64,000 nt of DNA, taken from sequence record MZ422438.1; one strand, given 5' to 3'. The notes under the pieces are model-generated. The model made no database searches. It saw only the letters and a program-made list of their open reading frames with translations, and was not told where the DNA came from. This document shows, one piece after another, positions 45,805 through 55,167 of this stretch (position 1 is its first letter; each line of letters opens with the position of its first letter). A program made the translations under genes and the position numbers.

Positions 45805-46497
45805 ATGTCAATGAGAGATATGAATGGAAATCGTATTATGGACTCATTTAGCTTCGATAAAGAGTATGAAGGAATAGTATTAGATAATAACGATTTTGAC
45901 GATAAACTATTTATTAAAGTATATATCTCTGAATTGTTTATTAATGATATTCCTGAGAAGGTTATCGATATTAATGAAAATATTGATCATACTAAAATAA
46001 TTAATAATAATAAAATAAATTTTAAAAAATCTGTAGTACATAATAATTATTTGAAGTGCTATCCAATCATATATAATAATATGAATCTTGATATAATGAA
46101 ACCAAAAATAGGTTCAAAAGTTATTGTCAAATTTATTAATGGTAATCCAAAATTGCCATATTATGAGAATAAAGGATATTATACAGATATTATTATACCA
46201 ATTCCTCCCGAAATTATAGATCCTCCTACTGATCCATCCACTAGTGATGATTATACTTCTTTTGGATACTATAGAATGATTAAACTTACTAATCCGGCTA
46301 TGATTGGTCGAGATATACTAAAAATCCAAAAGAAATTAAAGACTCTTGGGTATACATTCACTATTGATACACTAGACGGTATATATGATTTAAGAATGTT
46401 GAATTATATAAAAGATTTTCAATCTAAAAATAAACTAAGTGTAGATGGACAGATTGGTCCAATTACGTTTAGAACAATTATGCGTAAAAATATATAA
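45805..46497 (+). CDS. gp5/VgrG-like OB-fold spike/baseplate protein fused to a peptidoglycan-binding domain
   Basis: N-part YEGIVLDN.D...PKIGSKVIVKFINGNP; C-part GRDILKIQKKLKTLGY...DGIY...FQSKNKLSVDGQIGPITF. Confidence 0.65.
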   Translation: MSMRDMNGNRIMDSFSFDKEYEGIVLDNNDFDDKLFIKVYISELFINDIPEKVIDINENIDHTKIINNNKINFKKSVVHNNYLKCYPIIYNNMNLDIMKPKIGSKVIVKFINGNPKLPYYENKGYYTDIIIPIPPEIIDPPTDPSTSDDYTSFGYYRMIKLTNPAMIGRDILKIQKKLKTLGYTFTIDTLDGIYDLRMLNYIKDFQSKNKLSVDGQIGPITFRTIMRKNI

Positions 46498-46557
46498 TTT
46501 TTAAATTCGAACATATATTTATAGTAAGATAGTTTACTATAAATATATTTAATTGGG

Positions 46558-46956
46558 GTGGAAATTTTTATGGAACAAGTAACTTCTGGACTATTAATTT
46601 TGACAGTATTATCCGTAGTAATTCAGTATTTAGTTGAAAGAATTAAAGATATTTTTCCAACAAAAGTTATGGATAAACTAGCAAACTATGTTAATCCTGC
46701 TTTCTGGTCTTTAATTGTATCTCTTCCTATTGCTTTTGGTATAAATATTGATTTATTTGCAATTATCGGTTATAATATGCATCCAACATGGCTTGCAACA
46801 TTATTTACTGGTTTTGCATTGAGTGGTAGAGCAACTGGTATTAATGAACTTATTAAATCATTAAGTGCTGTTAAAACTAATAATTTTACTCAAGCAGATT
46901 CGGTAAAAAATACTGATGAAGAAGAAATTAAAGTTGTCGCTAAATCTAAAAAATAA
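46558..46956 (+). CDS. Holin-like membrane protein
   Basis: Three hydrophobic segments and a charged C-tail; own late promoter at 46510. Confidence 0.6.
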   Translation: MEIFMEQVTSGLLILTVLSVVIQYLVERIKDIFPTKVMDKLANYVNPAFWSLIVSLPIAFGINIDLFAIIGYNMHPTWLATLFTGFALSGRATGINELIKSLSAVKTNNFTQADSVKNTDEEEIKVVAKSKK

Positions 46957-46962
46957 TATATA

Positions 46963-46992
46963 TCCCTATAGTGTATAATTGCACTATAGGGA
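46963..46992 (+). terminator. Intrinsic terminator
   Basis: tccctatagtg/cactataggga stem followed by attttattt. Confidence 0.75.
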
Positions 46993-47076
46993 ATTTTATT
47001 TACTAAAATTATAAAATACATAATAAAATAACATTAAAATATATTTACATTAATATACAGAAATGGATGATTAAAT

Positions 47077-47658
47077 ATGAAATATCCGATACGTGAGGAT
47101 CATAGAAAAAGAGTCAAGACAAATTACATTATTATTACTCATGCTAATAATCTTATAAAAAGGGGAACACATATAAATAATGCATTGAGGCAGAGAACTT
47201 TTAAATACACTTGGGGAATATGGCAAGAATATTTAATGACTCACGTTAATAAAAGATATTTACCAATGCATTATTTTATTGAATTAATTGATAAAGATTA
47301 TGCAGTATTGAAGGGTCTTTCTGACCATAAACCTTCTTACTTTATTAATGATTTAGTAGACGAAGGTGTAATAAAATATGTTTACCGAGATTCGATATTA
47401 ATAGTCATTGGAGATAATTTTAGTATAAATAATCCTGATACTAGAATGATTGATCATTTAGCAACTAAAGTTATTCTTCCATTAATGAAAACGTATAATT
47501 TAAGTTGGAATAAAATACAATTTTTTGATGAGTGTTTAACTGACTCATTTATTAATAATATTGATAATGATGAAATAAAATATAATTACGAATATGAACC
47601 AATGTCTATGTTTGATATGAGTATTCTAAGAAATGCAGTACTTAGATATAAATCATAA
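47077..47658 (+). CDS. Amidase_2-like (N-acetylmuramoyl-L-alanine amidase fold) protein, possibly degenerate
   Basis: YIIITHA...PMHYFIE...SILIVIGDNF..NPD pattern; C-terminal Zn-ligand His not evident. Confidence 0.45.
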   Translation: MKYPIREDHRKRVKTNYIIITHANNLIKRGTHINNALRQRTFKYTWGIWQEYLMTHVNKRYLPMHYFIELIDKDYAVLKGLSDHKPSYFINDLVDEGVIKYVYRDSILIVIGDNFSINNPDTRMIDHLATKVILPLMKTYNLSWNKIQFFDECLTDSFINNIDNDEIKYNYEYEPMSMFDMSILRNAVLRYKS

Positions 47659-47695
47659 ATATAAAATAATAATTATAAGTATTGTGTGGTGATAA

Positions 47696-48106
47696 TTGGA
47701 AATGGATAATAATCAAAGACATAAGAATAGAAATTTTTTTAATATAATGATAATTATAAATATTGTAATTATTGTTATAATAATTGTATCTTCAGTATAT
47801 CTATATATACATATAAATTCAGGAAACAGTTATTCAAAAGAAACATATGCTAAAGTGAATAATGTGTATATGACATATGATAATGAAGATAAGGATATAC
47901 AAGTAAGAATTGGTAAAAAGAAACTAATAATATTTAATAATGGTAAAATTAAAGAGATTATATTTAATAATTTTGAAGTATCAGTATATGATGAATATAC
48001 TTTAATATACATTTCTGGAGATAATGATGAAGTTAGTATTTCTGTAGACAATGATAAAGATTCCATTTCTGATATAGTCATAAATAATCAAAGTTTAATA
48101 GAATAA
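47696..48106 (+). CDS. Hypothetical membrane-anchored protein
   Basis: Strong N-terminal TM helix IMIIINIVIIVIIIVSSVYLYI. Confidence 0.6.
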   Translation: MEMDNNQRHKNRNFFNIMIIINIVIIVIIIVSSVYLYIHINSGNSYSKETYAKVNNVYMTYDNEDKDIQVRIGKKKLIIFNNGKIKEIIFNNFEVSVYDEYTLIYISGDNDEVSISVDNDKDSISDIVINNQSLIE

Positions 48107-48126
48107 TTATATAGATATATAGAAGT

Positions 48127-48609
48127 GTGGAAAGAAGGTTACAATATATGCTCATATTAAAAATGAGAACTGACAAAAAAGTAGACTATAAAAAATTATG
48201 GTTTATAAAACTTCATAGAAAATTAAATATTGAAATTCATTATAATATAGAGGAAAATGGATTCTACTATATTGATAATAATAAAACATTAAAACTTAAA
48301 AAAGATTTTTCAAGAACAATTAGTATGATTCTTGATATTAAGAAAAGATTCAATTCGTTTAATACTGAAATGGATATAATTGATAATAATATTAATATGT
48401 ATCTTAATGACGTTATAAATAACTTTGAAAAAGAAGAAATGCTAAGAATTATACTAGGAACTTCGGAATATAATGTGAAGAATCTATATAATGATCTTAC
48501 TGAATTAGGAATTAATATTGATCCAGACTTATTATATGTAAATTTATATAAAAATACAAAACATTCCGAATATAATGATGAAATAAAGAATACATTTAAA
48601 AGAATTTGA
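48127..48609 (+). CDS. Hypothetical protein
   Basis: 160-aa ORF ending TGA TAA before a bidirectional hairpin. Confidence 0.55.
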   Translation: MERRLQYMLILKMRTDKKVDYKKLWFIKLHRKLNIEIHYNIEENGFYYIDNNKTLKLKKDFSRTISMILDIKKRFNSFNTEMDIIDNNINMYLNDVINNFEKEEMLRIILGTSEYNVKNLYNDLTELGINIDPDLLYVNLYKNTKHSEYNDEIKNTFKRI

Positions 48610-48649
48610 TAACCTGAATACTAATAATTAAAATAGTATTCAGGTTATC
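48608..48649. terminator. Bidirectional terminator between convergent genes
   Basis: gataacctgaatacta/tagtattcaggttatc. Confidence 0.75.
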
Positions 48650-48654
48650 AATTT

Positions 48655-49356
48655 TTATCGAGCAAAAAATATTTTTTTCCTTCTTGAATGTTTTAAGGCA
48701 CCAATGCGCATTTTTTCAACTAGTTCTTCTTTCTTATTTTTTCCATCAGCTAGATCTTCAATAAATAATTCTATACTGCCATACGTTGTTTGAATATTTT
48801 GAAAGCGATGTCTAATTTGATATAATGATTCTTGAGTATCATATAGACATAATTGCATAAAATGTTCTTGAAGATTTACTGGTATGCTGTCAAAATGTTC
48901 ACTATGAACTGCGTTTGCATATACTAGAATTCCGTTTAATGTATATTGGGGAGCAATTTCAATTTGGTTTGGATGAATAAACCGGAATGTTGAAGGATTT
49001 ATTTGACCTTGAATGTTACTCATCATCTGATTTTCAAATAAACTTCCAGAACCAGAACCAGCTCTAGGAGTTCCTCCGATAATTGCACTATTACTACTAT
49101 ACATATCTAATCCAATTACACGATTAATATTTAATACGGAAGTCTCTGTATCTAAATAATAACGATTCTCATATCCCGGAACAAGATCTTTATTAAATAC
49201 TCGGATTTCTTCAATTCTTGGGAAATACTTACTAAACGTAATCAAACTTTCTGATCTTATTCCACTAAGAATTTCTTCATGAGAAAGTTCTAATTGTGTA
49301 AATTTATATCCTAATTTTCGTTCTAAGAATCGAATAACCTCTGTAGGATTAATCAT
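48655..49356 (-). CDS. Neck/head-completion protein (T4 gp13-like)
   Basis: VIRFLERKLG...LELSHEEILSGI...FSKYFP resembles the gp13 N-terminal pattern; head-gene context. Confidence 0.55.
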   Translation of the reverse strand: MINPTEVIRFLERKLGYKFTQLELSHEEILSGIRSESLITFSKYFPRIEEIRVFNKDLVPGYENRYYLDTETSVLNINRVIGLDMYSSNSAIIGGTPRAGSGSGSLFENQMMSNIQGQINPSTFRFIHPNQIEIAPQYTLNGILVYANAVHSEHFDSIPVNLQEHFMQLCLYDTQESLYQIRHRFQNIQTTYGSIELFIEDLADGKNKKEELVEKMRIGALKHSRRKKIFFAR

Positions 49357-49428
49357 TTAGTTATCACTATCCTTCCAATAATAAAAATACAATACCACTT
49401 CCTAAATTTAATTAAGAAGTGGTATATT

Positions 49429-50265
49429 TTAAAACATATCTTGTATATATTTGCTTAAATCACGTTTAATTTCTTCTTCGAGATAAATCCGGATAGTTTC
49501 GTTTGATTGTTTAATACTTAATGTTTGATCTTCAGTAAGAGTTACTGAACCATTCTCTAGATTCATAGATATACCTAATGATTCTGCTAATGAATATACA
49601 TTTTCAGATTTTTTAGTAACAAACTCTAATAATTCAGAAACTTGATAAGGAACTACTTTACCTGAAAGATTATATGAGTTTGAGCTTGCTGCTTCTAACA
49701 ATCCTTGATAATCTTCTGAGAAGTCTTCATTAATCCGGTGAGTCATATATGAGTTTGGATGGGATGGAATAACAACCCAATCATAGCAGCAAATCATTAA
49801 AGGTGAATGAACTCGTTGATACTTCCCATCAGGCTTAATAATATTACCAATACCACGCATGGAGAATGCTGCCTTTGATCCTTGATTAATCAAACCTTTC
49901 ATGTCTCTACCTACAGATGTATCTGCAGTTTCAACTCGTCCAATTAATCGATTCCCATCAAACTTAGCTTCAGTTACAATATGCGAAATATTGCGTTGAT
50001 CAATATATAATTGTCTACGATTATCAGTATTTAATGGATGACCTGCTTCTCCAAAGAATGTTCTATTTTTAATTTTTTCCTGAACAATTGGGTTTTGTAT
50101 TGCTTCATCAATTGCACGTCTATCATAAATACGGTTTTTTTGTTCTGGTGCATCAGCTTCTTGCAACTCAGTCTCGAATAATACATTATTAAGTGTTTTA
50201 TCTATAATTTTCGGTTTAGATTCAGTGACCGATTCCATTATAATATAACCTTTTTCTTCAGTCAT
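49429..50265 (-). CDS. Prohead core protease (T4 gp21-like)
   Basis: NRIY, FFGEAGHP (catalytic His), NISHIV, FSMRGIG (catalytic Ser), YDWVVIPS. Confidence 0.9.
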   Translation of the reverse strand: MTEEKGYIIMESVTESKPKIIDKTLNNVLFETELQEADAPEQKNRIYDRRAIDEAIQNPIVQEKIKNRTFFGEAGHPLNTDNRRQLYIDQRNISHIVTEAKFDGNRLIGRVETADTSVGRDMKGLINQGSKAAFSMRGIGNIIKPDGKYQRVHSPLMICCYDWVVIPSHPNSYMTHRINEDFSEDYQGLLEAASSNSYNLSGKVVPYQVSELLEFVTKKSENVYSLAESLGISMNLENGSVTLTEDQTLSIKQSNETIRIYLEEEIKRDLSKYIQDMF

Positions 50266-50445
50266 AATAGTAATACACGTCCTTTCTTAGTATATAAATA
50301 AAATTTATAATAAAATGTTTGATTAGATAATTATTTTTTTAAACAACTTATTATAAAATATTCTTTTTATCATTTTTGATAAAATATGTTTTAAATTTAA
50401 AGAATATTAAATTATAAAATAAAATGATAAGGTGGGAAATATAAA

Positions 50446-51336
50446 ATGCCAAAAACTTTTTTAGATGTAATCCTTGAAGATGCAGACGCATTTGAAGCTA
50501 GTAAATCTGTTGAAGTGGTTGATAAAAATACTACTGAACCTGAAGTAGTCGCTAAAGATGAAAAAGCTGATGTAGAAGAACAAAAAGAAGTATGTGACGA
50601 AAAAGAAAAAGCTATTGAAAAAGAAAAAGAAGAATATACTAATGATGCAGAAGTTGAAATTACTAGTGACGTTTCATTAATGAATAATGTTGCTGATAAA
50701 TTAGATAGTGGTATGTCTATTGAAGAATCATTCAATTCTCTAATCGAGGTTAATCTAGTTAAGAATGAATTTAAAAACATGGGCTTGACTTCTGAAGAAA
50801 TTAATCTTCTTGCTGAAGATGCTTCTAAAGAAAGAAAAGGAATTATACGTGGATTGGCTAAAAAAATCGGTATCGATGATAGCGGTAATGTTGATGCTCG
50901 TAAATATGTTAATGCTCGTAAAAAATTAGGCGTAAAACAAATTACTGCCGCAGTAACTTCTACGGTTGCTGCAAGTGCTGCTGCTGGAGCTAGTAGCTAT
51001 TATATTGAAACATCAAAAAGTAAAAGCGAAACTGTTAAAGGTGGAATCTTTTCAGGTTTAACTGTAGGATTGGTCGTAGGTTATTGGGTTTCCCTTTTCT
51101 CATTTGTAGTTACTATTTTGCAAAGTGCTAAAGTTAAAGGTCAAATGAAAAGTGATCCATCTATCTTAAGAAATGCTCTTGCTGAAAATAAAAAAGATTT
51201 AGCTGAAGTTGTATCTTCTATGTCTAAAGTTAAAGAAGATGCTAAAGCAACCAAGCAATTAGAACGTATTCAAAAAGCTTTACTTCGTGAAAAATCCAAA
51301 TTATTGAAATTGCAAGAAAAATTAAATACAAAATAA
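50446..51336 (+). CDS. Internal head/ejection protein, paralog 1
   Basis: Acidic propeptide-like N-terminus, two hydrophobic segments, C-terminal DPSILRNAL...LERIQKALLREKSKLLKLQ. Confidence 0.6.
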   Translation: MPKTFLDVILEDADAFEASKSVEVVDKNTTEPEVVAKDEKADVEEQKEVCDEKEKAIEKEKEEYTNDAEVEITSDVSLMNNVADKLDSGMSIEESFNSLIEVNLVKNEFKNMGLTSEEINLLAEDASKERKGIIRGLAKKIGIDDSGNVDARKYVNARKKLGVKQITAAVTSTVAASAAAGASSYYIETSKSKSETVKGGIFSGLTVGLVVGYWVSLFSFVVTILQSAKVKGQMKSDPSILRNALAENKKDLAEVVSSMSKVKEDAKATKQLERIQKALLREKSKLLKLQEKLNTK

Positions 51337-51427
51337 GTTATATATGATCTCAATTCTGATTAATTTCAGAATTGAGATTTATTTAAACATTATTATATAA
51401 GAAAATATATATTGGTGGTGATTTCAA

Positions 51428-52060
51428 TTGCATCTAGATGAGGAAAGTATTAGATACGCTATAAAATTTACAGAATCTTTAGAAAAAAATGATTTTGAAT
51501 ATGGTCAAACAATTCGTGAAGAAATTCAAAATGAAAATAATTCATCTCAAATAAAAAATATTATGAATATGCTCAATATTAAAAATCCAAATACTATTAC
51601 TGTTGAAGAATATTTAAAGATACGTAGAAAAATTAAATTTTCGGGTCTTATTGGATTCTTAGCAGGTCTCGGAGGAAGCGTAATGTTTACTTCAGATATT
51701 ATTATAAATAATGATCGGCTTAGAGACGATCCTCAAAATAGAGGAGTCGCTAATAGAAATAATCGTAGTAAGCTAAGTATGCTTAAGTCAACCTTATTTG
51801 CTTTAGTTTCGGCTTTTGGTTCATTTGCTTTATCAGTATTATATAGTAAGAGCGTTAAGAAAACTTCAGTAGCTAATCCATCAATAGTTAGAAGTTTATT
51901 AGCTATTAATGCAAATGACTTAAGAATGGTAGAAAAAGCAAATAATAGTGTAGTTACTAAGTCTGACTTAAAATATATACGTAGAATAGAACGAATATTA
52001 ATTAGGGAAAAAAGGGATCTATTAAAATTGCAAGCATACGTTATAAAGAAAAATAAATGA
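51428..52060 (+). CDS. Internal head/ejection protein, paralog 2
   Basis: NPSIVRSLL...IRRIERILIREKRDLLKLQ aligns with paralog 1; own late promoter. Confidence 0.6.
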   Translation: MHLDEESIRYAIKFTESLEKNDFEYGQTIREEIQNENNSSQIKNIMNMLNIKNPNTITVEEYLKIRRKIKFSGLIGFLAGLGGSVMFTSDIIINNDRLRDDPQNRGVANRNNRSKLSMLKSTLFALVSAFGSFALSVLYSKSVKKTSVANPSIVRSLLAINANDLRMVEKANNSVVTKSDLKYIRRIERILIREKRDLLKLQAYVIKKNK

Positions 52061-52737
52061 AAGAAGTGAAAATTTTTATGGAATATAATGATGTATTTTT
52101 AGAATATTTAAATTCTGAAGAAGATAATATTGAAAATATGGAAGAATTCCTATCAAGCTACATTGGAATTAAACCAAGATATCTTGAAATTAGACCTACT
52201 GTATTTAGTGAAACAAGAATTACTAATGATGGTATTAGTGATGAAGAAGATAATAGCGAAGAATCTGATCGTAAAAGATCTACTGATGAAGTAAAAAAGA
52301 TTAGTAGAGAAGTAATGGAAAAAGATAAGAAAAAGAATCTTAATCCACAAAATAAAGCAAAAATTGCAACTATTAAACGTGAAATGGAAAAATCGATTAA
52401 AATGGATCCAAATAGTCTTGGTAATGATACTAAACTTAAAAGACTTATGCGTGTAGGAATTACAATGTTAGTTTCTTTCGGGATTATTTTTGCTCCTGCA
52501 GTTGGTGTCTTAATAAAGATTATTGCTCTTATCGGAGTAGCTGCTACTGCAAAACACGTTAATCGTAAAAAATTGGAAAATACTATTATATTACTAATGG
52601 ATAAAATTAAATATATTGAAGATGAAATGGAAAAAGCATCAGACAATCCTAAAAAGAAATATGAATTAACAAGAGTAAAACGAGAACTCCAAAGAACACT
52701 TATGAAGTATCAGTCTAGACTTCGGAATTTCCATTAA
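52057..52737 (+). CDS. Internal head protein with a hydrophobic hairpin (possible distant paralog 3)
   Basis: Acidic N-terminus, GITMLVSFGIIFAPAVGVLIKIIALIGVAA, C-terminal coiled coil. Confidence 0.55.
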   Translation: MKEVKIFMEYNDVFLEYLNSEEDNIENMEEFLSSYIGIKPRYLEIRPTVFSETRITNDGISDEEDNSEESDRKRSTDEVKKISREVMEKDKKKNLNPQNKAKIATIKREMEKSIKMDPNSLGNDTKLKRLMRVGITMLVSFGIIFAPAVGVLIKIIALIGVAATAKHVNRKKLENTIILLMDKIKYIEDEMEKASDNPKKKYELTRVKRELQRTLMKYQSRLRNFH

Positions 52738-52781
52738 TATATGATTTGTATAAGCGATGTTGCAAAGGAGGTACTATTATA

Positions 52782-53342
52782 TTGAAAGATGATTTCTTTA
52801 ATTATTTATTTGAAGCAGATGATCCAGAAGAAATAAGTAATATTGATCCTAATGAAGATAATACTGAAAATAATAACGAGGATACTCCTTCTAATGAAGA
52901 AAGTTTACCAAACGAAAATAGTGATGAAAATGATTTAGAAAAGGATCCAGAAATAGAAGAACCTGATAATGAAGAAGAAATAGAACCTAATGAAAATGAA
53001 GACCCGAATAATAATTTACGTATAAAGGAAATATTATTTGAGAATTTCTCTGGACTTAAAAATGCAATTAAACGATTATTTACTGACATTGAATCGGTAA
53101 TACATATCGTAAAATCATATGATTCTAATAATGATAATCATAATTTAGAAAATACTGTGGATGGAATATCTGAAAAAGGATATGACATTTTAAATAAAAT
53201 TCAAACATTACAAAATGGTGTAATTCTTAATATATCAAACGATAAATTAAAAATCATATATAATGAATTAGAAAATCAAGTAAGTGATATTATTAAGGAA
53301 TATTCAAATAAAGTTGATGTAAAGTTGAAAAACAAGTATTAA
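52782..53342 (+). CDS. Acidic scaffold-like protein
   Basis: TTG 52782 after AAAGGAGG; LFE motif, then a D/E/N-rich tract; immediately upstream of the major capsid gene. Confidence 0.55.
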   Translation: MKDDFFNYLFEADDPEEISNIDPNEDNTENNNEDTPSNEESLPNENSDENDLEKDPEIEEPDNEEEIEPNENEDPNNNLRIKEILFENFSGLKNAIKRLFTDIESVIHIVKSYDSNNDNHNLENTVDGISEKGYDILNKIQTLQNGVILNISNDKLKIIYNELENQVSDIIKEYSNKVDVKLKNKY

Positions 53343-53349
53343 TAATATA

Positions 53350-53361
53350 AACAATTTAATA
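53350..53361 (+). promoter_or_regulatory. Late promoter motif AACA-N6-TA (representative; at least 17 copies)
   Basis: Also on + at 13830, 14615, 18997, 45767, 46510, 47030, 50342, 51386, 53424, 61203, 62009 and on - at 2127, 4075, 10743, 37545, 50308, nearly all shortly upstream of virion genes. Confidence 0.75.
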
Positions 53362-53501
53362 TAAAAATTTTAATTTATTTCTATGTAAGTTTCGTTTATT
53401 ACTTTTTTAAAGTAAGAATGATGAACAATTATATATAAATAATTTATAATATTATTTTTATAATCTATAATTTTATATAAGAAAAGGAGAGAAATTAAAT
53501 T

Positions 53502-55088
53502 ATGCGTAATTTTAAACGTATTACAAAGACTAATACAGATTCTTTTAGTACTCATCTAAGCGAAACTCAAGACTATTTCGCTAATACTAAAGGAACAAAT
53601 ATTACTGGACAAGATATCGCTGCAATTATAGTGAATGAACAATATTTTGATGAGTATGCAACTCGTCTATTAGAAGGTTTCGATGCTGACCTTAGTGAAG
53701 AACTAGGTGTTCTTTTAGAAAACACTCGTAGCAACATTATGGAATCCTTGGGTGGAATTACTCCATTTGCTTCACTTTCAATGCCTGTTTTGGTTAAACT
53801 TTGGGCTCGTTTGTCTATGGTAAATGCTATTCCTACTACTCCTGTTACTACTCCTGCATTTGTAGTACCAACTATCAAACCATATACTATTGGTCCAGAT
53901 GGTGAAAAATACTACCTACCAGAAGCTATTAATACTATTCCTGAACACTTTGTAAGTCTTCGTCAACTTAAAGAAGATATCACTATTACTGGTGGTCGTC
54001 TTTCTGACTATGATCTATTTACAGGTGTATCAACTGCTGACCGTGCTAAAGGTGATCAAGTAGACCGTAAATTCCAAATTGTTGCAGGAACATGGTCTGA
54101 TTCTTATAATGTCGCTGATGCTGCTCTTGGCGAATATGAACTTAAAGGTCAAGCTCTTAAAATGGATATTCATGGTAATATCTTTGGTAAAGTAACATAT
54201 ACTACTGATGGTAATGGTGCTACTAATGAAGATACTATTATGGGACATGTTGATGTTGAAAAAGGTCGTTTAGATTTAACTTCTCTTTCTGGTAAATTGA
54301 CTGAGTTCAAAATTCAAGGTTTCGTTTCTTCTGAAATGCATACTGGTACAACTCAAGTTGGTTTTGATGTTGATGATCGTACAATCAACATTGGTACTGC
54401 TCCACATATCGAAGGTATCCTACCTATCGAATCCGTACAAGATAGTAAAGCTATGTATGATATTGATGCAGCAGCTGTTATTGTTGATACAATGTCTGCT
54501 ACTTCTGCACAAAAAGTTGATACTGACTTGATTGAATTCTTGTTACGTTCTTATGAAGGTACTAATGCTGCTTATCATAAAACTTTCGATGTACATCCAA
54601 ATGGTGGATACAACATGCATCCGCATGAATGGCGCCGTGGTATTCGTGACGTTATTGACTGGATGTCTCAAGCAATGAAAAATGATTACAAAACTTATGA
54701 TGCTTACTTTGTAATTGTTGGTAATCCAATTGACACTCAATTGATTCCTGACATTGAATGGGAATTCCAAGGAGCTACTGATGAAGTTGCGGGAATTAAC
54801 GTTTCTTATAGCGTTGGTGCTTCTTCTACAGTTAACCGTTATAAAGTTGTTTCTTCTGACTTAGTACCTGCTGGAGATCTATTAATCTTTGCAGTTCCTA
54901 CTCGTGAAGACTTCAAAACTTACGAATACTACCCATACACTTTCAATATCGTTAATAATTACAACAATGCTGTTAACCAAAGCGTTCCTAACATTATGCT
55001 TTCTCGCCGTTATACAGTTGAAGAATTTGTTCCAATTATCGGTAAAGTTACAATTAAAAACAACGATGCAACTCAATACGCTCGTTAA
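53502..55088 (+). CDS. Major capsid protein
   Basis: 528 aa; two late promoters (53350, 53424); AAGGAG RBS; highly biased codons (cgt, ggt, gct); gp23-like region SMPVLVKLWARLSMVNAIPTTPV; strong terminator downstream. Confidence 0.8.
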   Translation: MRNFKRITKTNTDSFSTHLSETQDYFANTKGTNITGQDIAAIIVNEQYFDEYATRLLEGFDADLSEELGVLLENTRSNIMESLGGITPFASLSMPVLVKLWARLSMVNAIPTTPVTTPAFVVPTIKPYTIGPDGEKYYLPEAINTIPEHFVSLRQLKEDITITGGRLSDYDLFTGVSTADRAKGDQVDRKFQIVAGTWSDSYNVADAALGEYELKGQALKMDIHGNIFGKVTYTTDGNGATNEDTIMGHVDVEKGRLDLTSLSGKLTEFKIQGFVSSEMHTGTTQVGFDVDDRTINIGTAPHIEGILPIESVQDSKAMYDIDAAAVIVDTMSATSAQKVDTDLIEFLLRSYEGTNAAYHKTFDVHPNGGYNMHPHEWRRGIRDVIDWMSQAMKNDYKTYDAYFVIVGNPIDTQLIPDIEWEFQGATDEVAGINVSYSVGASSTVNRYKVVSSDLVPAGDLLIFAVPTREDFKTYEYYPYTFNIVNNYNNAVNQSVPNIMLSRRYTVEEFVPIIGKVTIKNNDATQYAR

Positions 55089-55099
55089 TAAATATTATG

Positions 55100-55133
55100 A
55101 ACCTTTCAGAGACCTTTTGGTTTCTGAAAGGTT
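55100..55133 (+). terminator. Intrinsic terminator after the major capsid gene
   Basis: aacctttcaga/tctgaaaggtt stem followed by attattt. Confidence 0.75.
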
Positions 55134-55167
55134 ATTATTTATAAAAATTTAAATTGGCGGTGCAACC

